A stretch of DNA of 64,000 bases, from NCBI GenBank assembly GCA_030390025.1, contig CM059438.1, positions 70,434,001 through 70,498,000 of the forward strand. The letters are read 5' to 3'. This DNA is from Squalus acanthias (Eukaryota). The notes under the pieces are model-generated. The model did not search any database and was not told the DNA's origin. It saw only the letters and a program-made list of their open reading frames with translations. Of this stretch, positions 48,209 to 60,161 are shown in pieces (the first letter of the stretch is position 1; each line of letters opens with the position of its first letter). The translations under genes and the position numbers were made by a program.

Positions 48209-51200
48209 GAAGTCTGCAAATCTAAGGGGGTTTGTTTATCTCTGTTGTCTATGACTACCCCCTGCAGTCACAACCATGTTTGCTGCCTTTTAGTAAAGCA
48301 CATTCCATGTCCACTTATCAGTGAAAGACCGTCTATTCATTCACCAACTTTATTTCACTTCGAAAAAACCTCTTGGCCTGGCAAAGCATTTTAATATATA
48401 CCAAAATTAAAAATTAAGGGTCTGCATATACCTACAGGTCCTATCTGCTTGTTCTAATGTTTCAAGATTTGATTGTACTGTTCAAAGAAGAGCAAGGAAG
48501 TCCTCCAATGTCCTGAGTTAAACTCTTTTCTCAATCGATAGTACCATGAACAGAAACATTAACTGATTATTTCTCTCACTATCGTTGATGAGATAATGCT
48601 GGCACAGAACAGCTGCCACGTTTGCCCACGTCAGTTTTGGTTAGCTGGATGTGTGACATGCATCAATTACCATGTTAAGAGACTCCAAACCAAACTACTG
48701 AGAAATCCACACAGGTAGTATTTTTGTCTGCATTATATGGCGGGTGCATTCTCTCCTTGTAGGCTCGCTCCCCACTTGCCTAAGTCCTGAGAATGCGGGC
48801 ACAAGTTGGCAGAGTCGAGGCTTAGTGATTCCCAAGTGTGCGTAAGGGTACTATTGGAGTTTAACCAACTAAAAGTACACAGCTTACTGATACGAAAAAT
48901 GGTAAACTTAGTTTTGTTTTTCTAATCGGGACCGTCCTACTTGTTGGGGCATTGGCTTACAGTGTTTTCTGGAGTCAAGTTGGCACAATCCCAGCCCTCA
49001 CTCATGTTCCCATCTCAGGGTAACATCTACCAGCATCTGTCATAAAAAAAGAAAGACTTGCATTTATATTTGTCATCTCAGCTGTCAGAGTTTCCTCATC
49101 AGAAATATGATGGATATCTGCCTTCTGCATAATGGATGCTTCTACACAGGACAGTTTGAGATGTGCCAACCATTCCAGTGCTGCATACCAGATTTATTAG
49201 TCATGAACTGCTTAATTCAAATCCGTACATGAGGGCTTTTTGCAAAGAGACATAGTCACCTTGAGATCATCTGACCTTCCAGGGTACTCAGTGACAGATC
49301 AGTATAGGCTATTGCCCCCTTCCCTGCAACCATTTTCAAATCCACCTCACAGCTTGGTCCTGGATCTTGCACTCTTTCACTGCATGGCTAGAAATTCTGA
49401 AGTATGAAGAACTGTTTGGTTGCATGTTTTACATTCCACAAGATTACCTTGCATTAAAACTTTAATTTAACTAAAGAAAAGTGAGAAAGACCGAAGTATT
49501 CTTTGCCCATTCTCCGCGTGCTCCTAACAGACTGCCTAGGCTGGTGGCATCCACGGCAACCCCACATTACTAATATGAATCAACAATTTGGATAAATGTT
49601 CCCTGTGTCTTCCAATCAATACCTTCAAGATCACCTCTTAAGTCCTGAAAGGCAAGAATACTGTAACACTGCTGAGTGTTAAAATGGTGAGAAAATGTCA
49701 ACAGATCCCTCGATGAGTCTGCCAACAACACATTATCATTTGCACCACAATTATCACAGAAATACCAAGAACATTCTAAGGCAGCCACTTATAATGCCAT
49801 CCAACCCATTATTGATGAAGACATAGAATGGGCTGGGTGAAGGGGGTCAAGTTTGCCTCACTTCTCTTTCAACAGTGTTTCCTATCTTTGCATGGATCTT
49901 GGATTTGAATTGCACGTCCCTGATAAAATCCAAGATTTGGCCGTGTACTTCCACAGCTCCCAACTTCTTCATGAGGGTCACGTGAAGCACTCACTTAAAA
50001 GGTTCATGAAAATCAATGTAAACAATGCAAGTGAGTTTGCTCTGAGCCCTATGATCCTCTATAATCTCGTATGAAACTACAACCAGCCTTACACATTCCT
50101 AGCAAGAGAGAAATGTAGCCTGTTACTTTCTGATTACTCCACAAGCCTGCAAAGCATCTGCTGTGCTTGCCCTGACAATCAGAGGAACCACAAATATTAG
50201 TGAGATTCCTTGGCAGTTTTTGGGCTCACTAGCATCCATCTCCTTCTGGTTGGCTCCTTCTGGCTGGAAAGTATAACTGCTCTCTGGGACATCAAGGATA
50301 TACTTACTTCAAACAAAATCCTAGTTAGCAGCCTCAAAAGCATCATTCCTGGCACTGCTCTCCAAGATATTCATAGCATCCACTCTGGGTCACACAATTC
50401 AGAATCCTCAACATCAATCTATCTTGTATGCAACTGTGTGTGTGCGTAGAAGTTCAGCCGCAATGGGTGACAGGGCGACTTTGCAAGTGCAAAAGCCTAG
50501 AACTTTCAGTGATGGGAGCTGTGATCCAGTGCCATGCTGATTTAGAAGCGCCAGTGCATACAAGACAGACATAGGGTTCAAACATGGATACTGGGTTCAA
50601 ATACAGGCAGTTGGCATGTATGCCTATCTCTCTTCATTCCTGTGTATCTAGATTTTTTCTAATTCCAAACTTGTGTTGTGTCTGGAGCAAGAGTTTTGAG
50701 TTATGCAACACTGTGATGAAGTAAAACTGGTGGTAATGGTGGGATCGATTGAAGAGGTGAAGTCGGAGCATCTCACAAAGAGAGTAGTGGCATAATATAA
50801 AAGCAAGCGCAATTTTTTCCTGCAGTGAATTGCTTCCACTAAACTAAATAAGCAAAATGAAATGGTCAGAATAATAAAGAAGTCATTATTATATGTGTTG
50901 TCATCAATATTTCTACATGGCAAGCTTATTGCAAAGAGAGGTTGAATCACATCACATTGTGGCTTATGCAACAGCTCTATCATCATGCTATTTTCTGTTA
51001 GAAGAGAGGTGCGTTGGGGAGCACCCTTTGGTATAAATTGGGGAATAGCACATTCGAATATAAAATACAAAGGAGCGTACCTTCTAATATACTGATCAAT
51101 CAGTTAAAGTGATCATTTGGGCTACTATCCAAGCATTGTGTATGTACTAATGACATGTGCCGCGATGATTAGGCCTTCCCACAAGCCCTAATTCCAGACT

Positions 51201-54064
51201 GGGGCCTTGTAAAATAGAATATTATTTTTGAACCTGTGATTTATTGTGACTTCATGACCTGAAAAGCTGTAATTCTACTGAATTTAGTGTCACGCTCAGG
51301 GTGTGTAAACTGCATGCTTTGGTCACTGACCCTCTTTATCTAATTTAGTATGAGGGTGTTGCAATATTCAAACATCTTTTTAAATTCCTATCTTAGTTGA
51401 TGGCTGACTTCCACCAGAAGTGATATCCCTCATTCTGCTCATTACCTTTCAACTAATCAACCTTTCTTTCCTTTAGTTCTTTTTTTAGCCATGTCAAAAT
51501 GATTTGTTTTATCCCATATGTTTAATTTCTAAATGTTTGTGTGTGTGCGTGCGTTTGTGTGTTTGTACACGTTCCTACAAAAAAACAGGGGCTACACTTC
51601 AGAATGGTATTTAATTGGTCATGAAGTGCTTTCAGACATTCTGAGGACATGTAAAGTGCTATACAAATAAAATTCCCTTCTTTCTTTATATGTACCTATA
51701 AAAATATGATGGCAGAAGCTGTTTATTTCTTAAAAGTCTTGTTAAATTAATTGCTCAAAGTAATATTCCACAATGATGTCATATAATGCTACAACGCAGA
51801 CTATTGCTTATGAAATAATTATCTGAATTTGTTCCCATTATTTTACTTATTTTCCACACTCAAATAGATTTTAAAGATGTACTTATTCATGGTTGGTCTC
51901 CTGATCTGAACTGCCATTTACGCAATATTTCCATTGTCTCAGCGAACTGGAATCGCTCAGGCTGAGTGCTGCCAGTCCCCTGACTACTCATTCTTTTCAA
52001 AGGAATGTCTTACAGTCGTTGAGAAAGATGGTCAGGTCCTAACGGCTTCGTAAACCAGCTTTGCAACTTGAAAAATAATTAGAGATTTACTTTTAGAGAA
52101 TCCTGAAGATGGTAATGTTTCCTGTGGCACTCATATATTGGAAATAAAAAAATTGACCTCCACAGTCTTGTCATTGAAAATAAATAAACTGCAGAGTGTC
52201 ATGTTCTCGTCCAAATGATTGGTGGTTGAAGAAGAGAGCACTGAACAATGTTAACAGCAGAAAGAAAGGAGTGCTGATAGCACTTGGATTCGGAGACAAT
52301 ATTGCTCAGTGCTCCTGGCCTCCTTAAACTTGGGACACAGGACAAAAATGGCCAGCTCGAATCAGAGGACACTTGTAATTTTAAAAAAATCAATTGGCAA
52401 ATTTTACAAAGTATAATAATAAATAAATTCCTTTAATAAGTCAACTTTCCCTGTTTAGAAAAAGCAAAAGGAGTAAATCATGTAACAGAATACTGAATCT
52501 GAACTTCTCACATGGCTTTGTGTCACTTAGAATTTGCAGTTTTACGACTGAAATTTTATTGCTGAGACGTTTGCTCTTCCCTGACTTATAATACCTACTT
52601 TGCGGAAGTGCAGGAGATGAGAAAAGATTACCGATCAGATGACACATAGGCGCTGTAGACGTCTGCCTTCTTACAGCAGAGGTAAAAGAAAGTGCAAGTA
52701 CTGAAAATTTGAAATAAAAACGAAAAGCGCAGGAAACACACAACTGGCTAGGTGGCATCTGAAAGAAAAAGAGCAATGTTTTTGGATGGATCTCTTCATC
52801 TGTTTCTTGGCCTCAATACCCCTCCATTAGGGAAAATATCAGACAATGTCTCTGGTCTTGCTTTCTCTATTGCCCTGTGCTGGCTATGCATGTTACATCC
52901 TACCTTTCTTACTCGAGATTTTTAGTTCCCTTATCTCACATTCTCATAGGTGAGACTCCGTATTCCTTCACTCGCCTTTATGTCTAGTGAATCTTGCTGT
53001 TAATTATTTTAGCGACTAGAATTATCCTATGCCTCCAGAGGATCTCTTGCCCATCTTTGATAAGTGTTAGAGCATCACAAAATCAGATCTTGTTTTGGGT
53101 TTAAGCTATTAATATTAAATGAAAGACAAACAAGCAAATAACTAACGACAATAATAGAAATCCTTCTGTCTGGCTTCTTGAAAGTAAAATGATAAAAGGT
53201 TTCAATATCAGTGCTACGCTATTGTTTTGTTTATGTAGTATTTCTTACCACTGTGGGAGCTGTGCTAGTCTGAACTATATCTCATCAAAGTTCTCAGGAC
53301 TTCCCGGATTTAAATAAGCGTTGACCACATTTGAAAATAGCAGGATATCACACACATAATTGAACAAATCACACAATCTCTGTCCCTTTGAATGTATCGT
53401 AGCTCCTCCCTCAAACAACTGGCAAAACTTGAAACATTTATCTTGAGTTAAGCTTGGAGCAAGATTCTGATTGTAGGAATATAGGAACAGGAGTAGGTCA
53501 TTTTGCCCAGCATTTTTTTATTTAAAAAAACCTTTATGATTAGTAAGTGAATTAAAGGAACTTCTACAAATCTAAAACAAGACAGAGCTGCTTCATTTTG
53601 GCACAGTGCAAATGTATAAACATTGGAGGAGTCTTGGCTGTGATGCCTCCTTGGGAAATAATAGTCTGTAACACTCAACGTCAAGACTTACGCATGAATG
53701 ATTATTTATTAGGCAGGGTATTGGAGGACATCTGCTGGCATGCAATCATACCTCGGGAAGGAACTACTGTCATTGGGTATGTGATGAGGGAAACAAATCC
53801 TGAATTTATCCTTTAGAAGCTGACTGACATGCTGCATGTTTCCAGCATTTCTGTAAGCGTTCCTGTTGTAACACAATATCATTTTTCCATTTACATTAGT
53901 AGGGTTGTACTACAGACACCCGAACTGAGGGAGGGACATGGAAGAGGACATCAACAGACAGATCAGAAAGATTAGTAGGAAGAACAAAATTATTGTTGGA
54001 GATTTTAATTACCCACTCATTGATCGGGATAGGGAGGGAGTAAATGGAATTGCGAAAATGTGTG

Positions 54065-54293
54065 TGACATGAATCTTGTCATTCATGTGGAAATGACTTA
54101 TGAAATAATACTGGGCGGCCTGCTGGTGGCACTATCCAGGGAGAGTATAAATACTCGGGCATGGGCCCAGCTTGCTCAGGATATTCTTTAACAGGAACCA
54201 GTGAAGGCCACAACTAGATCTCCATGTTGAAAAACAGTTGATTAAAGCTTTGTTTAACGCTTAGACCAAGTGCCTGGTAGTTTTCTTACATCA
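54065..54293 (+). mobile_element. Solo LTR (229 bp) with 5-bp TSD GTGTG
   Basis: GTGTG|TGACAT...TTACATCA|GTGTG. AGTATAAATACTCGGGC.TGGGCCCA and GTTGATTAAAGC are shared with the reverse complement of 17123-17350. Confidence 0.8.
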
Positions 54294-55278
54294 GTGTGCA
54301 GGACTCCTTCCTCAAGCATTCTATCTGTCAGCCTACAAGGGGTGAGAGGTTGCCAGATCTAGTTATGAGCAATGACATAGATTAGGTAGATGAGCTACAC
54401 CCTCGGGAGTCGTGACCATAATATGAAAAGGTTTCAGGTCCAAATTGAAAAGGAAAAAGTCACTACAAAACTAAAGTAACTTTTTAAAAATGAACTTACC
54501 TGTTTGTTGGCAGCCACTGGTTAGGCCGCAGTAAACTCCTGAAAAACTGAACGACGCAGGCCTGCTCCACTCAGCGTTGACGAATTTCTCCATTAAGTCA
54601 TCAAACAGGCATTAGACTCCTCGTTAACACGTTCACGGGGCCTCACACCTGTTTTAAGCATCCTCTGTGAATGCCTAAAAATGGTCCCCACAAATTTATT
54701 AGTGGCACAGATTGGATGCCGGAGGTCCCACTGCTAAATTGGTATGCTTTGTGCCCGTTTTGCACCAATTTCTATCCCGAAGAGTAAGCTAGCTGAGGTG
54801 AGGTGGAAAGAAAGATTAGCGCACAGGACTGTAGATCAACAGTGGGATATTTTGAAACAGGAGATTGCAAAGTTGCAGATAAATATATACCATTAAAAAA
54901 AAGGAGACTACTTCCAGTTTCAGAATGCCATTGAAAAGGAAGATGCAAGCAAACTGAAATTGAAGAGGAGGGCATATGGGGCCTCTGGTATGGTAAAAGT
55001 AAGAAAGAATATGAGAGAATAAAAAAAGAGGTTAAGAAAGGGATAAGGAATGCAAGGAGAGTGTATGAGGAGAATCTCAAAAAATATTAAAAAGAAAATA
55101 GTGTATTCTACAAATATGTCAGTAAAAAGAGAATTATTAATGTAAAAGAGAATTAGTGAGATGGAACTCCTGCGAGGAGAGGATAGTGAGTTAGTAGAGG
55201 ATATGATGATATTGTTGGGTAGACTTAACAACTACTTGCTTCATTGTTTACAAAAGAGAACGTTATTGGGGAAGAAGA

Positions 55279-55880
55279 TAACAACAACAACTTGTATTTA
55301 TATAGCACTTTTAAGGTAGGTAAAATGTCCCAAGGCGCTTCACAGGAGTATCAAAAGATAAATAATTTGACATTGAGCCACATAAGGAGAAATTAGGGCA
55401 GGTGACCAAAAGCTTGGTCAAAGAGGTAGGTTTTAAGGAGCATCTTAAAGGAGGAAAGAGAGGTAGAGAGGCGGAGAGGTTTAGGGAGGGAATTCCAGAG
55501 CTTAGGGCCTAGGCAACAGAAGTCATGGCCACCAAATGTTGAGCAATTATAATCAGGGATGCTGAAGAGGGCAGAATTAGTGGAGCGCAGATATCTCGGG
55601 GGGGTTGTGGGGCTGAAGGAGATTACAGAGATAGGGTGGGGCGAGGCCATGGAGGGATTTGAAAACAAGGATGAGAATTTTGAAATCGAGGCGATGCTTA
55701 ACTGGGAGCCAATGCAGGTCAGTGAGCACAGGGGTGATGGGTGTACGGGACTTGGTGCGAGATAGGAGACGGACAGCCGAGTTTTGGATCACCTCAAGTT
55801 TACGTAGGATAGAATGTGGGAGGCTGACCAGGAGTGCGTTGGAATAGTCAAGTCTAGAGGTAACAAAGGCATGGATGAAT
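55279..55880 (-). mobile_element. L2 LINE 3' fragment
   Basis: IQNSAVRLLSRTKSRTPITPVLTDLHWLPVKHRLDFKIL; (AAC)n tail on +. Confidence 0.92.
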
Positions 55881-56257
55881 TGGTTAAAAGTGAGATGAGA
55901 GGCATTGTAATAAATAAGAGGAAAGTGTTAGAGAAGTTATTAACCTAAAGGAGGACAGAGTGCTGGGACCTGATGGCTTATATTCATGGATCCTAGGGGA
56001 AAATATAGTGGAGACTCTAGAAATTATAGGTCCGATTTTAAAATGGAATCAGGCAGGCGGGGACTGAGGTGAGCACCAAAATCACTGACCTCAGCAGCGT
56101 GAGGCCTGGGTGATTTTAACTCCCAAGCTTTATCTGTATGCCCCCGCTCATTTGCCCAGCCAAAATTGGCATGAAGCGGCAGCTGGCTATCTGTCGGTAG
56201 CATAATTTTGGGTGGCAGGAGGCCGCTTGCCGGAGCCGAAGGAAAGGTCGCTGGCAC

Positions 56258-57071
56258 TCATCAACACAGATACCACCATCACACGTGAGGACACTACCCA
56301 CCAGGTACATGGTACATACTCATGTGACTCGGCCAACGTTGTCTACCTCATACGTTGCAGGAAAGAATGCACCGCGGCATGGTACATCGGCGAGACCATG
56401 CAGACACTGAGACAACGTATGAACGAGCACCGTGCAACAATCACCAGGCAGGATTGTTACCTCCCAGTCGGGGAACACTTCAGCAGTCAAGGACATTCAG
56501 CCTTGGATCTGCGGGTAAGCGTTCTCCAAGGCAACCTTAGGAACACACGACAGCGCAAAATCATCGAGCAGAAACTGATAGCCAAGTTCCGCACTCATGA
56601 AGACGGTCTCAACCGGGATCTTGGGTTTATGTCACGATACATGACGTGATCCGGACTCGAGTCGTCGTTGGCTTGTTCACAGATGTGATTCCCAGTAAAA
56701 AAGTAAACATTTTCCCAGTAAAAAAGTAAAACATTTTTACAGCTTATCGTTTTACATACAGACGGCAGCTTTTGACACGTTAGACCCCCTGCGACTCCAC
56801 CTCATTGTCTCAGTTGTATCTTGCTATGTCTTTGATGTGGTACCTTCCTGGCTGACCTGATTAACTTTATCACACCTCGGCAGATAGTCAGGATGATTTA
56901 ATTTAGTTGTCTGCAATTGTAAGGTACACATGCATTGTTCTCTATCTATATATGCTTTGTCGAGTCTGTATTTCTCTACTTCACCTGAGGAAGGGGCGAT
57001 TGATAGCTCCGAAAGCTTGTGATTTCAAATAAAACTGTTGGACTATAACCTGGTGTTGTGCGACCTCTCAA
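56258..57071 (+). repeat. Upstream pseudo-LTR (copy of the GIY-YIG C-terminus + 3'UTR)
   Basis: Matches 59397-60210 with about 8 substitutions counted by eye. Confidence 0.95.
56981..57022 (+). ncRNA. Minimal type I hammerhead ribozyme motif (upstream pLTR)
   Basis: TCAC CTGAGGA A GGGGC GATTGATA GCTCC GAA AGCT T GTGA: stem I TCAC/GTGA, core CUGANGA..GAA, stem II GGGGC/GCTCC, palindromic AGCT in place of stem III. Confidence 0.8.
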
Positions 57072-57109
57072 TTTTGTCCACCCCAGTCCAACACCGGCAT
57101 CTCCGCATC

Positions 57110-59776
57110 ATGACCACTATCGACACCACAAACTGCCGGCTCAAAGTGGAGAGAATCGGCAAGAAGATCGCGCATATCGACACCGACATCAAGTATCTAC
57201 AGAGATGCAAGAAAGCAGACAAGATCCTGAATGGACTACAGATCACGAACCCACTCAAGTCGACATACAACACAGACTACGCTGAGAGACTCTGCCGTCG
57301 TACCTCTCGCACACTGCTCAACCATCTCGTACACCAGCTCTACAGCAAACGCCACAACCTCGAAACCAAGATAGAGTCCATGCTCTCAGCCTGTGCTCAG
57401 GACACAGCAGACCAGTTACGAGACACCGCCAAACAGACGAGGCAACGGAACTACGCTGCCTACATGCGCATCAAGAACAGGAAGCTTGAGAAACTCGGCA
57501 TCACCACCAGCAGCAACCAAGCCTCCCCCGGTACCACGGCTGCAACCACAGGGAAGTCCATCGTCAACTTGTCCGACCATACCCTTCAACCAGACGAAAT
57601 CGAAGTTCTCGCCCTAGGGCTCAAGTTCTGCCCAACCACCAAAATGGACCCCATCGGTCTCGCGGCAGACACGGAGGAATTCATCAGGAGAATGAGGCTC
57701 CGGGAATACTTCCACAAATCCCAAGATGTCAGCAACAAACCCAATGAGACAATCAATGATCCAGACCAGCAGACAGAGGGACTCGCAGTGCAGCAACCAA
57801 AGAAAAAAGAGTCAAACTGGACCCCTCTGGAGGGTCGATGCCCCAAGCTTGACATGTATGCTCAAGCGGTCAGGAGATGCATCAACGCCAGATTCATCAG
57901 CCGCACTCACAAGACAGTCCAGAATGTCACCCGAGCACAACGCAACGCCATCCACGCTCTCAAGACCAACCGCAACATCGTCATCAAACCAGCGGACAAA
58001 GGAGGAGCCATCATCATACAGAACAGAACGGGCTATTGTAAAGAAGCATACCGACAACTGGACAACCAGGAACACTACAGACAGCTACCCGCAGATCCGA
58101 CCAAAGAACACACCCGCCAACTCAATAGACTGATCAAGACCTTCGATCCAGACCTTCAAAACATCCTACGCGCTCTCATTCCACGTACTCCCCGCGTGGG
58201 AGACTTCTACTGCCTTCCAAAGATACACAAAGCCAACACACCCGGACGTCCTATCGTATCAGGCAACGGAACCCTGTGTGAGAACCTCTCTGGATACGTC
58301 GAGGGCATTCTGAAACCCATCGTACAGGGAACCCCCAGCTTCTGTCGCGACACTACAGACTTCTTACAGAAACTCAGCACCCACGGACCAGTTGAACCAG
58401 GAACACTCCTCGCCACGATGGACGTATCGGCACTCTACACCAGTATCCCCCACGATGACGGCATCGCTGCGACAGCCTCAGTACTCAACACCAACAACAG
58501 CCAATCTCCAGACGTCATCCTACAACTCATCCGCTTCATCCTTGACCACAATGTCTTCACCTTCGACAACCATTTTTTTACCCAAACACACGGAACAGCC
58601 ATGGGGACCAAATTTGCACCCCAATACGCCAACATCTTCATGCACAAGTTCGAGCAAGACTTCTTCGCTGCACAGGACCTCCAGCCAACGCTGTACACCA
58701 GATACATCGACGACATTTTCTTCCTTTGGACCCATGGCGAAGGATCACTGAAAAGACTACACGATAACATAAACAAGTTCCATCCCACCATCAAACTCAC
58801 CATGGACTACTCCTCAGAATCGGTTTCATTCCTGGACACACGAATCTCCATCAAAGACGGACACCTCAGCACTTCACTCTACCGCAAGCCCACGGACAAC
58901 CTCACGATGCTCCACTTCTCCAGCTTCCACCCTAACCACGTTAAAGAAGCCATCCCCTATGGACAAGCCCTGCGAATACACAGGATCTGCTCAGACGAGG
59001 AGGAACGCGATGGACACCTACGGACGCTGAAAAACGCCCTCGTAAGAACGGGATATGACGCTCGACTCATCGATCGACAGTTCCGACGGGCCACAGCGAA
59101 AAATCGCATAGACCTCCTCAGAAGGCAAACACGGGACACAACCAACAGGGTACCCTACGTCGTCCAGTACTTCCCCGGAGCGGAGAAACTACGACATGTT
59201 CTTCGCAGCCTTCAACATGTCATCGATGACGACAAACACCTCGCTAAGGCCATCCCCACGCCTCCACTACTTGCCTTCAAACAGCCGCCTAACCTCAGAA
59301 GTACCATCGTTCGCAGCAAATTACCCAGCTTTCAGGATAACAGCGACCACGACACCACACAACCCTGCCACGGCAAACTCTGCAAGACATGCCAGATCAT
59401 CAACACAGATACCACCATCACACGTGAGGACACTACCCACCAGGTACATGGTACATACTCATGTGACTCGGCCAACGTTGTCTACCTCATACGTTGCAGG
59501 AAAGAATGCACCGCGGCATGGTACATCGGCGAGACCATGCAGACACTGAGACAACGTATGAACGAGCACCGCGCAACAATCACCAGGCAGGATTGTTACC
59601 TCCCAGTCGGGGAACACTTCAGCAGTCAAGGACATTCAGCCTCGGATCTGCGGGTAAGCGTTCTCCAAGGCAACCTTAGGAACACACGACAGCGCAAAAT
59701 CATCGAGCAGAAACTGATAGCCAAGTTCCGCACTCATGAAGACGGTCTCAACAGGGATCTTGGGTTTATGTCATGA
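57110..59776 (+). CDS. Penelope-like RT + GIY-YIG endonuclease protein (888 aa from ATG 57110)
   Basis: IVNLS..VLALGLKFCPT, IVIKPADKGG, FYCLPKIHK..GRPIVS, MDVSALYTSIP, GTAMG, RYIDD, LYRKPT, CxxxxCxxC, NVVYLIRC..YIGET..GEHF..GLN. No frameshift. Confidence 0.95.
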   Translation: MTTIDTTNCRLKVERIGKKIAHIDTDIKYLQRCKKADKILNGLQITNPLKSTYNTDYAERLCRRTSRTLLNHLVHQLYSKRHNLETKIESMLSACAQDTADQLRDTAKQTRQRNYAAYMRIKNRKLEKLGITTSSNQASPGTTAATTGKSIVNLSDHTLQPDEIEVLALGLKFCPTTKMDPIGLAADTEEFIRRMRLREYFHKSQDVSNKPNETINDPDQQTEGLAVQQPKKKESNWTPLEGRCPKLDMYAQAVRRCINARFISRTHKTVQNVTRAQRNAIHALKTNRNIVIKPADKGGAIIIQNRTGYCKEAYRQLDNQEHYRQLPADPTKEHTRQLNRLIKTFDPDLQNILRALIPRTPRVGDFYCLPKIHKANTPGRPIVSGNGTLCENLSGYVEGILKPIVQGTPSFCRDTTDFLQKLSTHGPVEPGTLLATMDVSALYTSIPHDDGIAATASVLNTNNSQSPDVILQLIRFILDHNVFTFDNHFFTQTHGTAMGTKFAPQYANIFMHKFEQDFFAAQDLQPTLYTRYIDDIFFLWTHGEGSLKRLHDNINKFHPTIKLTMDYSSESVSFLDTRISIKDGHLSTSLYRKPTDNLTMLHFSSFHPNHVKEAIPYGQALRIHRICSDEEERDGHLRTLKNALVRTGYDARLIDRQFRRATAKNRIDLLRRQTRDTTNRVPYVVQYFPGAEKLRHVLRSLQHVIDDDKHLAKAIPTPPLLAFKQPPNLRSTIVRSKLPSFQDNSDHDTTQPCHGKLCKTCQIINTDTTITREDTTHQVHGTYSCDSANVVYLIRCRKECTAAWYIGETMQTLRQRMNEHRATITRQDCYLPVGEHFSSQGHSASDLRVSVLQGNLRNTRQRKIIEQKLIAKFRTHEDGLNRDLGFMS

Positions 59777-60119
59777 TACATGACGTGATCCGGACTCGAG
59801 TCGTCGTTGGCTTGTTCACAGATGTGATTCCCAGTAAAAAAGTAAAAATTTTCCCAGTAAAAAAGTAAAATTTTTTTACAGCTTATCGTTTTACATACAG
59901 ACGGCAGCTTTTGACACGTTAGACCCCCTGCGACTCCACCTCATTGTCTCAGTTGTATCTTGCTATGTCTTTGATGTGGTACCTTCCTGGCTGACCTGAT
60001 TAACTTTATCACACCTCGGCAGATAGTCAGGATGATTTAATTTAGTTGTCTGCAATTGTAAGGTACACATGCATTGTTCTCTATCTATATATGCTTTGTC
60101 GAGTCTGTATTTCTCTACT

Positions 60120-60161
60120 TCACCTGAGGAAGGGGCGATCGATAGCTCCGAAAGCTTGTGA
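60120..60161 (+). ncRNA. Minimal type I hammerhead ribozyme motif (downstream pLTR)
   Basis: TCAC CTGAGGA A GGGGC GATCGATA GCTCC GAA AGCT T GTGA, followed by AATAAA. Confidence 0.8.

Larger units (their letters stand above)
53900..56025 (+). mobile_element. Old CR1 (endonuclease-to-RT linker region) hosting a solo LTR, a MITE fragment and an L2
   Basis: IIVGDFNYP near 53990, LPDLVMSN-like and GSRDHN-like segments, NYFASLF-like segment near 55230, GPDGL near 55965. Confidence 0.6.

Noticed and set aside
57043..59679. Many overlapping antisense and alternative-frame ORFs in the Penelope, L2 and Harbinger regions
   Set aside because: By-products of codon bias in TE coding sequence; no independent motifs.
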